Shown here: positions 1 to 9,623 of the stretch, piece by piece
Position numbering within the stretch: the stretch's first letter is position 1
Layout of the letters: every line of letters starts with the position of its first letter
Source: Candidatus Krumholzibacteriia bacterium
Lineage (GTDB): Bacteria > Krumholzibacteriota > Krumholzibacteriia > LZORAL124-64-63
DNA: 64,000 bases
Assembly: GCA_050174015.1 (NCBI GenBank)
Contig: JBFXKG010000004.1
Coordinates: 165,501-229,500, forward strand
Reading direction: 5' to 3'
Program-made: the position numbers and the translations under genes
The notes under the pieces: model-generated
The model's database searches: none
What the model saw: the letters and a program-made list of their open reading frames with translations, nothing else
Told to the model about the DNA's origin: nothing

Positions 1-200
1 TGCAGGGCCGGCTGGTGCTGGAGGAGGATCTCCCCGAGCGGGGGGCCGGCCTGCGGGAGTTCATGTGGAAGGGGACCAACGGGGCGGGCTTGCTCCAGCC
101 CTCGGGGACCTACCTCTATCGCGTCACCTGCCGGGGCGCAGGGGAGTCCGGCGACCAGGCAAGCTGGCGGCTGCAGGGCAAGGTCACGCTGGTGCGTTGA
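1..200 (+). CDS. 3' end of secreted protein, FlgD-type Ig-like C-terminal domain (partial)
   Basis: WKGTNGAGLLQPSGTYLYRV...GKVTLVR matches the C-terminal pattern of the two neighbouring genes; runs off the window edge. Confidence 0.7.
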   Translation, partial: QGRLVLEEDLPERGAGLREFMWKGTNGAGLLQPSGTYLYRVTCRGAGESGDQASWRLQGKVTLVR

Positions 201-212
201 GTTTCCGCCGGA

Positions 213-2015
213 TCATTTGACCAGGATCACGCGGACACCCGCCACCGCCGCGGATCCCTGAACCACGCGCATCAGGTAGGTTCCGCTCGGAACGTTGCGT
301 CCGGCGGCGTCGCGGCCGTCCCACACCACCTGCATCTCTCCACCGGCCGCCGCGAGTTCCCCCGAACTCCAGACGCGTCGTCCCGCCAGGTCGTACAATT
401 CGACCCGGCAGGGAGCCGCCTCCGAGGTCTCGAACCGCAGCACAGTGGTCCCGTTGAAGGGGTTGGGGTAGGCGCCCGGATTCACGAGGGACGCCGGGCG
501 CGAGCCGTCTCCGACCGGACCATCCACCGCCACCACCCCCTCCCGCTCCTCGATGGCGTCGACGGCGATCCAGCCGTCCGGACCGGTCTCCTCGTCCACG
601 ATCCTCAACCTCACGGTGCGGCCGGTGTGGGCGCGCACGTCCCAGGTCCGCTCGATCAGGGCGGACTGCCCCGACGGATAGATCGTGCCGAGGATCTGGC
701 CCGTGCCGTCATCGACCAGGGCGACGTGGCAGGTCGCCGGATGGACACCGCCGGCCAGTTGCAGCGTGAAGTGGCCGCCCTCGAGCACGAAGGGCCGCGA
801 CTCGATGCTGCCGGTGGCCGCGTCGCCGAAGGCCAGGCCCGGCGCGCCGACCCCGCTCAGGGGACCGCCGTAGTTCTCGCCGCTGCCGAACCAGCCGTGC
901 CCTCGCTGCCGGATCCCGGGATCTCCCCGCAGGGCGGGGTTGTCGCAGAAGGTGGGCGCCGCGAGGCCGGGATCACCGGTGCGCACGGGCCAGTCCGGAC
1001 CCAGGGGATCGGGAGCGAACACCACGGGGGTCATCCCGCCGTCCTCGAAGCGCACGCTGTCCATCCGGGCCGTGACGAACCAGGTCAGATCGCGTGGGTC
1101 CTGGTCCTTGGCCAGGTAGGCGAAGGTCTCGGCGCCCGGAGTGCCCATGAAGTTCTCGATCTCCGGGGCCCAGCCCGACGCGACGTAGGTGCGCCCCGTC
1201 ATGGTCCAGTCCGCAGGATCGGCCGCGACCACGTGGCTGGTGGGGTGGTACTCCAGGGTGAGATCCTGCTCGACGAAGAACAGGTGGTGCCAGCCGTCGC
1301 GCACCAGGTACTGCGGGCTTTCCAGGTCGCGGGTGGCGCCGACGGCGCCGTCGTGGATGAAGAAGACCCCCGCGTCCGACCAGGTCTCCAGATCGGACGA
1401 GACGGCCCGGTGGATGATGCCCCGCCGGTAGCCCGGATACCCGCCCAGGCGCAGGCCCGCCGTCGAGAGCATGTTCCACTGCCCGCCGTCGTGGAAGACG
1501 AAGGGATCCCGGAAGGCGCTCCACGCCTGGTCGGGCGCCCAGTGGTAGGTGAGGGTGTCGGGTTCGAAGACCGGGTTGTTCGCGCTCTTGGTCCAGGCCT
1601 CCAGGTCGTCCGACCAGGCCAGGCAGGGCCGCTGCACCATGTTGGCGCCCACGCCGGTGTAGAGCATGGCCCAGCGGCCGGTGGCCGGATCGTGGACCAC
1701 GTCGGGCGCCCACATGGCGACCTCGTCGTACCAGCCGGGACCCGAGGTCAACACCGGGCCGACGATTCTCCACTCGCGCAGGTCGGTGGACACAGCGTGC
1801 CAGATGGTGTCCGCGTTGGAGGGGAACAAGTCGTCGGGGGGCAGGGTGTGATAGAAGGCGTGGATCTGCCCGCCGTCCTGCACCATGCAGAAATCCCAGA
1901 CCTGGAGCCCGGGATGGACCAGGTAAGGCGATTCGAAGTCGAAGCGCTCGAGCGCGGCCGCAGCCCCCGCGATCGTCAAGGCCAGTGCGGCCAGGATCCA
2001 CCGGATCGTGTTCAT
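213..2015 (-). CDS. Secreted GH32/GH43-like five-bladed beta-propeller glycoside hydrolase with FlgD-Ig C-terminal domain
   Basis: Signal peptide; WDF, WAPD, FRDP, LESP motifs; YPNPFN...WDGRDAAGRNVPSGTY tail. Confidence 0.7.
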   Translation of the reverse strand: MNTIRWILAALALTIAGAAAALERFDFESPYLVHPGLQVWDFCMVQDGGQIHAFYHTLPPDDLFPSNADTIWHAVSTDLREWRIVGPVLTSGPGWYDEVAMWAPDVVHDPATGRWAMLYTGVGANMVQRPCLAWSDDLEAWTKSANNPVFEPDTLTYHWAPDQAWSAFRDPFVFHDGGQWNMLSTAGLRLGGYPGYRRGIIHRAVSSDLETWSDAGVFFIHDGAVGATRDLESPQYLVRDGWHHLFFVEQDLTLEYHPTSHVVAADPADWTMTGRTYVASGWAPEIENFMGTPGAETFAYLAKDQDPRDLTWFVTARMDSVRFEDGGMTPVVFAPDPLGPDWPVRTGDPGLAAPTFCDNPALRGDPGIRQRGHGWFGSGENYGGPLSGVGAPGLAFGDAATGSIESRPFVLEGGHFTLQLAGGVHPATCHVALVDDGTGQILGTIYPSGQSALIERTWDVRAHTGRTVRLRIVDEETGPDGWIAVDAIEEREGVVAVDGPVGDGSRPASLVNPGAYPNPFNGTTVLRFETSEAAPCRVELYDLAGRRVWSSGELAAAGGEMQVVWDGRDAAGRNVPSGTYLMRVVQGSAAVAGVRVILVK

Positions 2016-2148
2016 GGGCGAGGCTGCCGTCTCCCGGTTCGATGCACGTGCGGCCCGGGACCACCCCGGGCCGTCGATTGGGCCCTCAAATTATACCATT
2101 GATCCATCTTTTTGTCAGATCATGGGACAGCCCCGGACCAACCGGGGA

Positions 2149-4092
2149 TCACCGCAGCCAGTGGACCTTGGCCGTCGCCCGTTGCCCGGCCCCCCGCGCC
2201 TGGACCAGGTAGACCCCGCTCGAGACCCGGCGGCCGGCCGTATCCCTGCCGTCCCATTCCAGGACGTGGACCCCCGTGGACACTTGCGGGCCGGGCGTCA
2301 TACTGCGGATCCGTCGCCCCCGCAGGTCGTAAACCTCCAGAGACACCGGGCCGTCCACCTCGGATGACACCTCCAGGGTGACCACGCCCGTTGGCGCCGT
2401 CTCCGCGTGGAGACGTAAACCCCCGGACCCGGACTGGGCATCCGGCACACCGGACACGACCGCCTGGACCTCGACCGGCCCGACCGAGTGCGAGACCACC
2501 GCCACCCCCGTCCCCGCGTCCCAGTGCCAGCCGTCGGTCCCGCCGGGTTCCTGGGCGAGCTCGGGCAGGGGCGCCCCGCCGGCCACGATCGCGGCCGGCC
2601 TGGCGGCCAGCTTGATCCGCTCGGTGCCCGTCCCCCCGGAGGTGGCGTACCGGACGGCGATTCCCGCCCCCGGATACTCCACCAGGGTCAGGGCCCGGTC
2701 CGCGGCCAGGATGTGGTCCTCCCCGGCCGGGGCCAGGCCGGGCTCCAGTGCCATGATCTCCAGGAAGTACTTGACGGTGTTGAAGTTCTGCTCGTACCAG
2801 CTGTCGACGTTGAAGTACGCCACCAGGTCCTTGACGGTGGTGAACATGCGGCCGTCGGCGGCGATGCCCCGGGTGTTCTGGCCGTGGGAACACACCGCGG
2901 CCATGGCCAGGGCGCGGTCCCGCCAGGCGGGATCCTGCCGGGGGTCGCCCGCGAGGGCCTGGTGCAGCAGCAGCGCGGTACGGGCGTACTGCAGGCTCGA
3001 GGCGTAGGTGGCCTCGGGCCAGCCGGTCCACTCCAGGGTGACCGGAACGTACTGCTGGAAGACCGTGCCCGGCCCCTCGATCAGGTAGCGGGCATCGACC
3101 GTGTCCAGGATGGCCGCCGCCAGATCCTGCCAGCCGGCGGGCCGGCGAGCGATCAATTCGGTGATCATCTCGTGGGCCGAGTAGTGATCCCCCAGCCCGG
3201 TCTGCATCTCGGGGGACTGGTCCTCGTAGAAGCCCTCCCAGCGCATGTAAGACGGCGAGGCGGCGTTCCCGGGGTTGGCCAGCAGCCAGGCCCAGGCGCG
3301 GTCGCGGGCCAGGGCGTATCCCGGGTCGCCGGTGCGTTCGACCATCTCGGCGAAGAACCGCACCGCCGGCTGCAGGTGGCTGGTGTAGTCCTGGGTCACC
3401 GTCCCGTCGGCGGGAACGGCGCGGAACGGCCAGCGTCCCTCGTCCTGGGGTCCCCCGGTCATCTGGGTGGCCGCCATGACCGCGGCGATCTCCAGGGCCC
3501 CGTCCAGGTAGGCCTGCTCGCCGGTGATGTCGTGCAGCCGCAACAGGCGCAGGCCGAACATGGGCGGCTTGTCCAGCATGTTGGCCGCACCGTCCCAGCC
3601 CCCGCCCATGATCGCGTCGGTCTGGGTGCTGTAGGGCAGGTTCCCGTACAGGTCGCCGGCGGGAGTGCGATGTTCGAGGATCCAGTCCGCGTACTGCCGC
3701 GCGCGGGTCAACCCTTCGGGGTCGCCCGACCACCGCCGCCAGTCCAGGAACGCGTCGATGGCCACGCTGGCGGTGTAGGCCGGATAGCTGACCGACAGGT
3801 AACCCGGGTAGCCCGTCAGGCTGCTCCACAGCCCGTTCCCGTCCCGGATGGCGTAATGGTAGAAGTAGGGCGGCACCGGATAGCCCGCCGGATCGTCGTC
3901 GTTGGTGCGAATCCCGTCGATGCCCACGTCCGAGACCAGGAAGGCCATCACCTCGGCCACCACATCGGCGTAGGGCTTGGCGGGGGCCACGTCCGCGCGG
4001 GCGCACCAGGGCCCGAGGCACACGGCGAGGATGATCCAGGCTATCCGGGGCATGTCCGGCGATTCCCATCGGTTGAAGGATGTGGCGATCAT
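2149..4092 (-). CDS. Secreted protein, possible alpha/alpha-toroid hydrolase, with FlgD-Ig C-terminal domain (start may be MPRIAW)
   Basis: Signal peptide; helical repeat-like segments (LHDITGEQAYLDGA, ERTGDPGYALARDRA); WDGRDTAGRRVSSGVY tail. Confidence 0.55.
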   Translation of the reverse strand: MIATSFNRWESPDMPRIAWIILAVCLGPWCARADVAPAKPYADVVAEVMAFLVSDVGIDGIRTNDDDPAGYPVPPYFYHYAIRDGNGLWSSLTGYPGYLSVSYPAYTASVAIDAFLDWRRWSGDPEGLTRARQYADWILEHRTPAGDLYGNLPYSTQTDAIMGGGWDGAANMLDKPPMFGLRLLRLHDITGEQAYLDGALEIAAVMAATQMTGGPQDEGRWPFRAVPADGTVTQDYTSHLQPAVRFFAEMVERTGDPGYALARDRAWAWLLANPGNAASPSYMRWEGFYEDQSPEMQTGLGDHYSAHEMITELIARRPAGWQDLAAAILDTVDARYLIEGPGTVFQQYVPVTLEWTGWPEATYASSLQYARTALLLHQALAGDPRQDPAWRDRALAMAAVCSHGQNTRGIAADGRMFTTVKDLVAYFNVDSWYEQNFNTVKYFLEIMALEPGLAPAGEDHILAADRALTLVEYPGAGIAVRYATSGGTGTERIKLAARPAAIVAGGAPLPELAQEPGGTDGWHWDAGTGVAVVSHSVGPVEVQAVVSGVPDAQSGSGGLRLHAETAPTGVVTLEVSSEVDGPVSLEVYDLRGRRIRSMTPGPQVSTGVHVLEWDGRDTAGRRVSSGVYLVQARGAGQRATAKVHWLR

Positions 4093-4328
4093 CCGACATT
4101 ATACATCATTTTTCGTCCTGAATCATCCCCGGGGCGGGAGAAGAGCGATTGCGGGGGCCGGCGGAGGATTCCCAAACACCCGCCCGTGGGTTATCATCCC
4201 GACCGGGTTCCTTGACTTGAACAGCCGTTCACATCATCGTTGTTGCATAGATTTTTATCAGCCCCGGGGACCGGCGCCCTTCCAGGCCCGACCCGCCTCC
4301 GTTCGCTTCCTAACGCCGAGGGAATGAC

Positions 4329-6557
4329 ATGGCCTCTTCCAAGATCATCTGGACCAAGATCGATGAAGCTCCCGCCCTGGCCACCTACGCCCTGCTGCCC
4401 ATCGTGCGGGCCTTCACCCGGGGCACCGGGGTCGAGGTCGAGACCCGGGACATCTCCCTGGCGGGCCGCATCATCGCCAACTTCCCCGACCGGCTGACCG
4501 ATGCGCAGAAGATCCCCGACCATCTGGCCGAGCTCGGCGACCTGGCCAAGAGGCCCGAGGCCAACATCCTCAAGCTGCCGAACGTCAGCGCTTCGGTTCC
4601 CCAGCTGCAGGCGGCCATCAAGGAGCTGCAGGACCACGGCTACGACATCCCCGACTATCCCGAGGAGCCGAAGACCGACCAGGAGAAGGCCCTGCAGGCC
4701 CGCTTCGCCAAGGTGCTCGGGTCGGCCGTGAATCCGGTGCTCCGCGAGGGGAACGCCGACCGGCGCGCCGCGGCTTCGGTCAAGAAGTTCGCCCGGAAGA
4801 ACCCCCACAGGATGATGAAGCCCTGGCCCGAGGGCGGTTCGAAGTGCCGCGTGGCCCACATGACCGGCAAGGATTTCTACGGCACCGAGACCTCCACCAC
4901 CGTCGAGCGGCCCACCGAGGTGCGGATCGAGTTCCAGGGCGCGGACGGCAAGACCGCCGTCATGAAGGACAAGCTGGGGCTCCTCGCAGGCGAGGTCATC
5001 GACGCGAGCGTGATGAACGTGGCCGCCCTGCGGGAGTTCTACGCCGAATCCATCGCCGCCGCGAAGCAGGAGGGCACGTTGCTGTCCCTCCATCTGAAGG
5101 CCACGATGATGAAGGTCTCCGACCCCGTCATGTTCGGCCACTGCGTGTCGGTCTTCTTCAAGGATGCGCTGGAGAAGCACGCCGGCGTCCTGAAGGAAGT
5201 CGGCGCCAACGTGAACAACGGCCTGGCCGGCGTGCTCGAGAAGCTGGACAAGCTGCCGGCCGACAGGAAGGCGGAGATCGAGACCGACATCCAGGCCTGC
5301 TACGCCAAGGGCCCCGCCCTGGCCATGGTCGATTCGCGCAAGGGCATCACCAACCTGCACGTTCCCAACAACGTGATCATCGACGCCTCGATGCCCAACG
5401 TCGTGCGCGACGGCGGCAGGATGTGGAACGCCGCCGACGAGCTGCAGGACACAGTCGCGATGATCCCCGACCGCTGCTACGCCACCATGTACCAGGCCAT
5501 CATCGAGGACTGCCGGAAGCACGGGCAGTTCGATCCGTCCACCATGGGCAACGTCGCCAACGTCGGCCTGATGGCCCAGAAGGCCGAGGAGTACGGCTCC
5601 CACGACAAGACCTTCATCGCCCCCGCCGACGGCGTCTTCAAGATCATCGACGCGGCCGGCGCGGTCCTGCTCGAGCAGGCCGTCGAACCCGGCGACATCT
5701 TCCGCATGTGCCAGGCCAAGGACGTGCCCATCGCCGACTGGGTGAAGCTCGCGGTGAGCCGCGCCCGGGCCACCGGCAACCCCGCGGTCTTCTGGCTGGA
5801 CGAGGAACGCGGCCACGACGCCCAGATCATCAGGAAGGTCCGGCAGTACCTGCCGCAGCACGACACGTCGGGGCTGGAGATCCACGTCATGAACCCCGTG
5901 GACGCGATGAACTTCACGGTCGAGCGCATCCGCCGCGGCCTGGACACCATCTCGGTCACCGGCAACGTGCTGCGCGACTACCTGACCGACCTGTTCCCCA
6001 TCCTCGAGCTGGGCACCAGCGCGCGGATGCTGTCCATCGTGCCCCTGCTCGACGGCGGCGGCCTGTTCGAGACCGGCGCCGGCGGCTCGGCTCCCAAGCA
6101 CGTCGAGCAGTTCCTGCGCGAGGGGCACCTGCGCTGGGACTCCCTCGGCGAGTACTGCGCCCTGGTCCCCTCGTTCGAGCTGATCGCCGAGCAGACCGGC
6201 AGCGCCAAGGCCGCCCTGCTGGCCGAGACCCTGGACCAGGCCATCGGCAGCTACCTGGAGAACGGCCGCTATCCCTCGCGCAAGGTGAACGAGATCGATA
6301 ACCGCGGCAGCACCTTCTACCTGGCGCTGTACTGGGCCCAGGCCCTGGCCGCCCAGGACAAGGACCCCGAGCTGAAGGCCCGCTTCGCCCCCGTCGCCGC
6401 GGCTTTGACAGCGAACCAGGAGAAGATCGCGGCGGAACTGCTGGCCGCCCAGGGCAAGCCGGTGGACGTCGGCGGGTACTTCCACCCCGACGACGCCAAG
6501 GCCGACCGGGCCATGCGGCCCAGCCCGACCTTCAACGCCGTGATCGACGCGCTTTAG
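4329..6557 (+). CDS. icd: NADP-dependent isocitrate dehydrogenase, monomeric type
   Basis: 742 aa; [57 protein letters not shown]. Confidence 0.97.
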   Translation: MASSKIIWTKIDEAPALATYALLPIVRAFTRGTGVEVETRDISLAGRIIANFPDRLTDAQKIPDHLAELGDLAKRPEANILKLPNVSASVPQLQAAIKELQDHGYDIPDYPEEPKTDQEKALQARFAKVLGSAVNPVLREGNADRRAAASVKKFARKNPHRMMKPWPEGGSKCRVAHMTGKDFYGTETSTTVERPTEVRIEFQGADGKTAVMKDKLGLLAGEVIDASVMNVAALREFYAESIAAAKQEGTLLSLHLKATMMKVSDPVMFGHCVSVFFKDALEKHAGVLKEVGANVNNGLAGVLEKLDKLPADRKAEIETDIQACYAKGPALAMVDSRKGITNLHVPNNVIIDASMPNVVRDGGRMWNAADELQDTVAMIPDRCYATMYQAIIEDCRKHGQFDPSTMGNVANVGLMAQKAEEYGSHDKTFIAPADGVFKIIDAAGAVLLEQAVEPGDIFRMCQAKDVPIADWVKLAVSRARATGNPAVFWLDEERGHDAQIIRKVRQYLPQHDTSGLEIHVMNPVDAMNFTVERIRRGLDTISVTGNVLRDYLTDLFPILELGTSARMLSIVPLLDGGGLFETGAGGSAPKHVEQFLREGHLRWDSLGEYCALVPSFELIAEQTGSAKAALLAETLDQAIGSYLENGRYPSRKVNEIDNRGSTFYLALYWAQALAAQDKDPELKARFAPVAAALTANQEKIAAELLAAQGKPVDVGGYFHPDDAKADRAMRPSPTFNAVIDAL

Positions 6558-6584
6558 ACCCGGGGATCACCCCCCGGACGGAAA

Positions 6585-6611
6585 CGGCCTCCCCCGGCAT
6601 GGGGGAGGCCG
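6585..6611. terminator. GC-rich hairpin between convergent genes, probable terminator
   Basis: CGGCCTCCCCC-ggcat-GGGGGAGGCCG perfect inverted repeat after the icd stop. Confidence 0.65.
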
Positions 6612-6643
6612 CTCGTTTCATCCCGCATCGACGCCGCCGGCGA

Positions 6644-7819
6644 TCAATCGCCCGGGTCGGCCGCCCCGTCCTCGAGCGCATCCAGCACGGGAGGAAGGTC
6701 GAGGTCTCCGGGAGACCGCTCCAGGATGCGGGCGAACCGTTCCAGTTCGGGAGTGATGGTCTTGTCGATGTACTTGCCGAGCATCAGCCGGACCAGGGCC
6801 CCGTAAGCCGGGCGGAACTTGATGGTGTCGCCGACCCGCAGGCCCGCGGGATTGTCGGCGACGTTGACGACCGAGAGGTCGCTGCTGGCCCCCACGATGC
6901 GGTAGCGCGGGTCCAGAGGCGTCAAGCCGCGGATGTCCGTATCCAGCTGGCCGACCGTCACCACCGCCCGGTATCCCCGCTGGCCGGGCTCGTGCTCCCC
7001 GGAGTCCAGATCCTCGAAGGGGGCCATGTCCGCCGTCTCCCCCAGGGGGATCAGGCTCTTCTCCTTGATCTCCACCACCTCGACCTCCAGGGTCATGGCG
7101 TCGTCCCGCAGCCCCTGCAGGGTGCCGCCCCCCACGAGATCCGTCCCGAGGAAGACCGATTCCCCCACCCGGAAATGATTGATGCTGCGGGGAACCTTCC
7201 CGTCCCGCAGCAGGGGCAGCACGGCGCTCGTCCCGGCGGAGATCATGGGCAGGGGCCTCTTGAACTTCAGCTCGAGCAGCTCGCGGTAGAGAGCCAGCTG
7301 ACTGAACTGGTCGATGCTCGGAACCATGCCCGAGAGGCAACCGAGATTACTCCCGATGCCCTGGACCTGGACGTGGCTCAGATCGAAGACCTTTTCGTAG
7401 AAGTCGATCAATCCGCTCGGCAGCACCCCTTCCCGGAGGTCCCCCAGCTCGATCATCACGATGATCCGGTGGATCCGATCCTGGCGCCGCGCGGCCTCGT
7501 TGAGGGCGAGGATCACCCCGGTCTCGCTGTTCAACGAGACGTCGCTGAGAGCCACGATGTTGTCGATCTGCGGCAGGTGGGGCAGGCGCAGGTACCAGGT
7601 CTCGATGTCCCCGTCCAGGGCGGCCACCTCCCCGAGGTTCGCCAGCCGGGAGTCGGCCATGGACCGGACACCCATGGCCTTCAGGGCGGACAGCGTCTCC
7701 CGGTGTCCGCAGAGGGCCTTGGTGACCAGCGTCCACGAAGCCTGGTGATCGGTCACCCAGCCGTCGATGGTGTAGATGTTGTGCCGGAGGGCCTCCAGAT
7801 CGATGGTCAACCTGTTCAC
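6644..7819 (-). CDS. Alanine/ornithine racemase-family PLP enzyme (Orr/YhfX-like)
   Basis: GTG start overlapping GNAT stop; LVTKALCG (PLP Lys), DSRLANL, ELGDLREGV, NLGCLSG, HFRVGES, GASSD. Confidence 0.85.
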   Translation of the reverse strand: MNRLTIDLEALRHNIYTIDGWVTDHQASWTLVTKALCGHRETLSALKAMGVRSMADSRLANLGEVAALDGDIETWYLRLPHLPQIDNIVALSDVSLNSETGVILALNEAARRQDRIHRIIVMIELGDLREGVLPSGLIDFYEKVFDLSHVQVQGIGSNLGCLSGMVPSIDQFSQLALYRELLELKFKRPLPMISAGTSAVLPLLRDGKVPRSINHFRVGESVFLGTDLVGGGTLQGLRDDAMTLEVEVVEIKEKSLIPLGETADMAPFEDLDSGEHEPGQRGYRAVVTVGQLDTDIRGLTPLDPRYRIVGASSDLSVVNVADNPAGLRVGDTIKFRPAYGALVRLMLGKYIDKTITPELERFARILERSPGDLDLPPVLDALEDGAADPGD

Positions 7820-8286
7820 GAGGACGGCTCCCACCGCATCTCGGCGTACTTCGAGACGAACCCCATCCGCTCGTAGAGCCGCTTCGCCGGGTTGTCGTAT
7901 TCCACGTGGAGCTTGACCGGGCCGTCGCATTCGGCCAGCGAGCGTTCGATGAGCCGCCGGCCGATGCCGCCGCCGCGGGCATCCGGCTGCACGCTGACGA
8001 AGAGCAGGACCCACCGGGGGATGTACCCGCCCATGCCCGAGTCGAGCATGGTCAGGGCGCCCAGCAGCTTCTCGTCCTCGTGGGCGAGCATCACGAATCC
8101 TGCGCGACCGGGATCCAGGGCGTAGTCCAGCGCCGAGGCGACGTCCTCCGGCGTGTCGTGATAGGGTTTCATGGTCTCCTTGAAGAACCTGATCAGGTCG
8201 GGGCGCCCGGCCCAGCGGGGAAAATCGGTGTTCGCGGTGATCTTCAGGAAGGTAAGATCCGCCTCGGGATTTGCGTCCTCCGGCAT
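7816..8286 (-). CDS. GNAT family N-acetyltransferase
   Basis: ARGGGIGRRLI acetyl-CoA motif, LHVEYDNPAKRLYERMGF; AAGGAG RBS before MPEDANP. Confidence 0.9.
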   Translation of the reverse strand: MPEDANPEADLTFLKITANTDFPRWAGRPDLIRFFKETMKPYHDTPEDVASALDYALDPGRAGFVMLAHEDEKLLGALTMLDSGMGGYIPRWVLLFVSVQPDARGGGIGRRLIERSLAECDGPVKLHVEYDNPAKRLYERMGFVSKYAEMRWEPSS

Positions 8287-8417
8287 GTTGTTGCTCCTTG
8301 TCGGGAAGAGGAAACGAGTGAAGGGGACAAGACCCAACATAGCAGGATTCCGCGCCACATCAACCCGCGCACGTCCTGCCGGCCGCTTCCCGCGGCCGCA
8401 CGACCGGGAGAAGCATC

Positions 8418-9581
8418 ATCGTCCAGCACGCCTGCCGCATCGAACTGAGCGAATCCGCCCTGTGCCGCAACCTGCGATTCCTGCGCCGTCAGATCGGGAC
8501 CGGGGTCCGCCTGGTGTCCGTCGTGAAGGCCAACGCCTACGGCCACGGGCTGGGCGTCTTCATCCCCCTGGCGGAGAGGTGCGGCCAGCGGGAGTTCGCC
8601 GTGTTCTCCGCAACCGAAGCCGCCGCGGTCATCGACGCCCGGACGCACCCCGGCACCCGGGTCATGGTCATGGGGCACATCGCGAACGGGGATCTCGACT
8701 GGGCCATCGCCAACGACGTGGCCTTCTACGTCTTCAACCTGCACCGGCTCGACGGGGCCCTCAGGGCCGCGCAACGGGTCGGCCGGCCCGCCCGGATCCA
8801 TCTCGAACTGGAGACCGGGCTGCACCGCACCGGGTTCACCTCACGCACGCTTCCGGCCGCACTGAAACGGATCGCCGCCGCCGCCGACCTCCTCCGGGTG
8901 GAGGGCGTGTGCACGCACTTCGCCGGGGCCGAATCCCTGGCCAACCACTACAGGATCAGGCGGCAGATCGAGACCTTCGCCTCGCTGACCGGAGTCATGC
9001 AAAGCCACGCCGTGCCGCTGGGCGCCCGGCACAGCGCCTGCTCGGCGGCCGCCCTGAACTACCCCGAGACCCGGATGGACCTGGTGCGGATCGGCATCGC
9101 CCAGTACGGATACTGGCCCAGCCAGGAATCCCGCCTGGAATTCCTGCGAAGGTGCGGGCTCCGCCGCAACACCTCGCCCCTCGAACGGATCCTGTCCTGG
9201 AAGAGCCGGGTCATGGACCTCAAGTCCGTGCCGGCCGGGGAGTACGTGGGCTACGGCAACCTCTATCTCACCACCCGCCGGCAGCGCCTGGCCGCCGTCC
9301 CCACCGGATACCACCACGGATTCGCCCGCAACCTGAGCAACCTCGGCCACGTGCTGATCCGCGGCCACCGTTGCCCCGTCGCCGGGGTGGTCAACATGAA
9401 CATGCTGACCGCCGACGTCACCGACGCTCCCGGCGTGGCGATCGGCGACGAGGTGGTCCTGATCGGGGTTCAGGGCCGCCAGGAGGTCACCGTTGGCGCG
9501 TTCGGGGAGATGGCCCGGGACCTGAACTACGAGGTCCTCGTGCGCCTGCCCGCCGAGATCCCCCGGATCGTCGTCGGCTGA
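8418..9581 (+). CDS. alr: Alanine racemase; homology extends ~32 codons upstream of the GTG at 8514, probable ATC start
   Basis: VVKANAYGHG, HLELETGLHRTG, CTHFAGAE, RIGIAQYG, VGYG, NYEVL; upstream in-frame QHACRIELSESALCRNL. Confidence 0.9.
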   Translation: MVQHACRIELSESALCRNLRFLRRQIGTGVRLVSVVKANAYGHGLGVFIPLAERCGQREFAVFSATEAAAVIDARTHPGTRVMVMGHIANGDLDWAIANDVAFYVFNLHRLDGALRAAQRVGRPARIHLELETGLHRTGFTSRTLPAALKRIAAAADLLRVEGVCTHFAGAESLANHYRIRRQIETFASLTGVMQSHAVPLGARHSACSAAALNYPETRMDLVRIGIAQYGYWPSQESRLEFLRRCGLRRNTSPLERILSWKSRVMDLKSVPAGEYVGYGNLYLTTRRQRLAAVPTGYHHGFARNLSNLGHVLIRGHRCPVAGVVNMNMLTADVTDAPGVAIGDEVVLIGVQGRQEVTVGAFGEMARDLNYEVLVRLPAEIPRIVVG

Positions 9582-9623
9582 GCGCCCTGCGGCCCGCGGC
9601 TTCGGGGCGGCCTCGCCGCGCGC

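Noticed and set aside
4194..6485. Long antisense ORFs (also 9651-11735, 22061-24181, 26341-28842, 30993-32477)
   Set aside because: Shadow frames of real high-GC genes on the opposite strand
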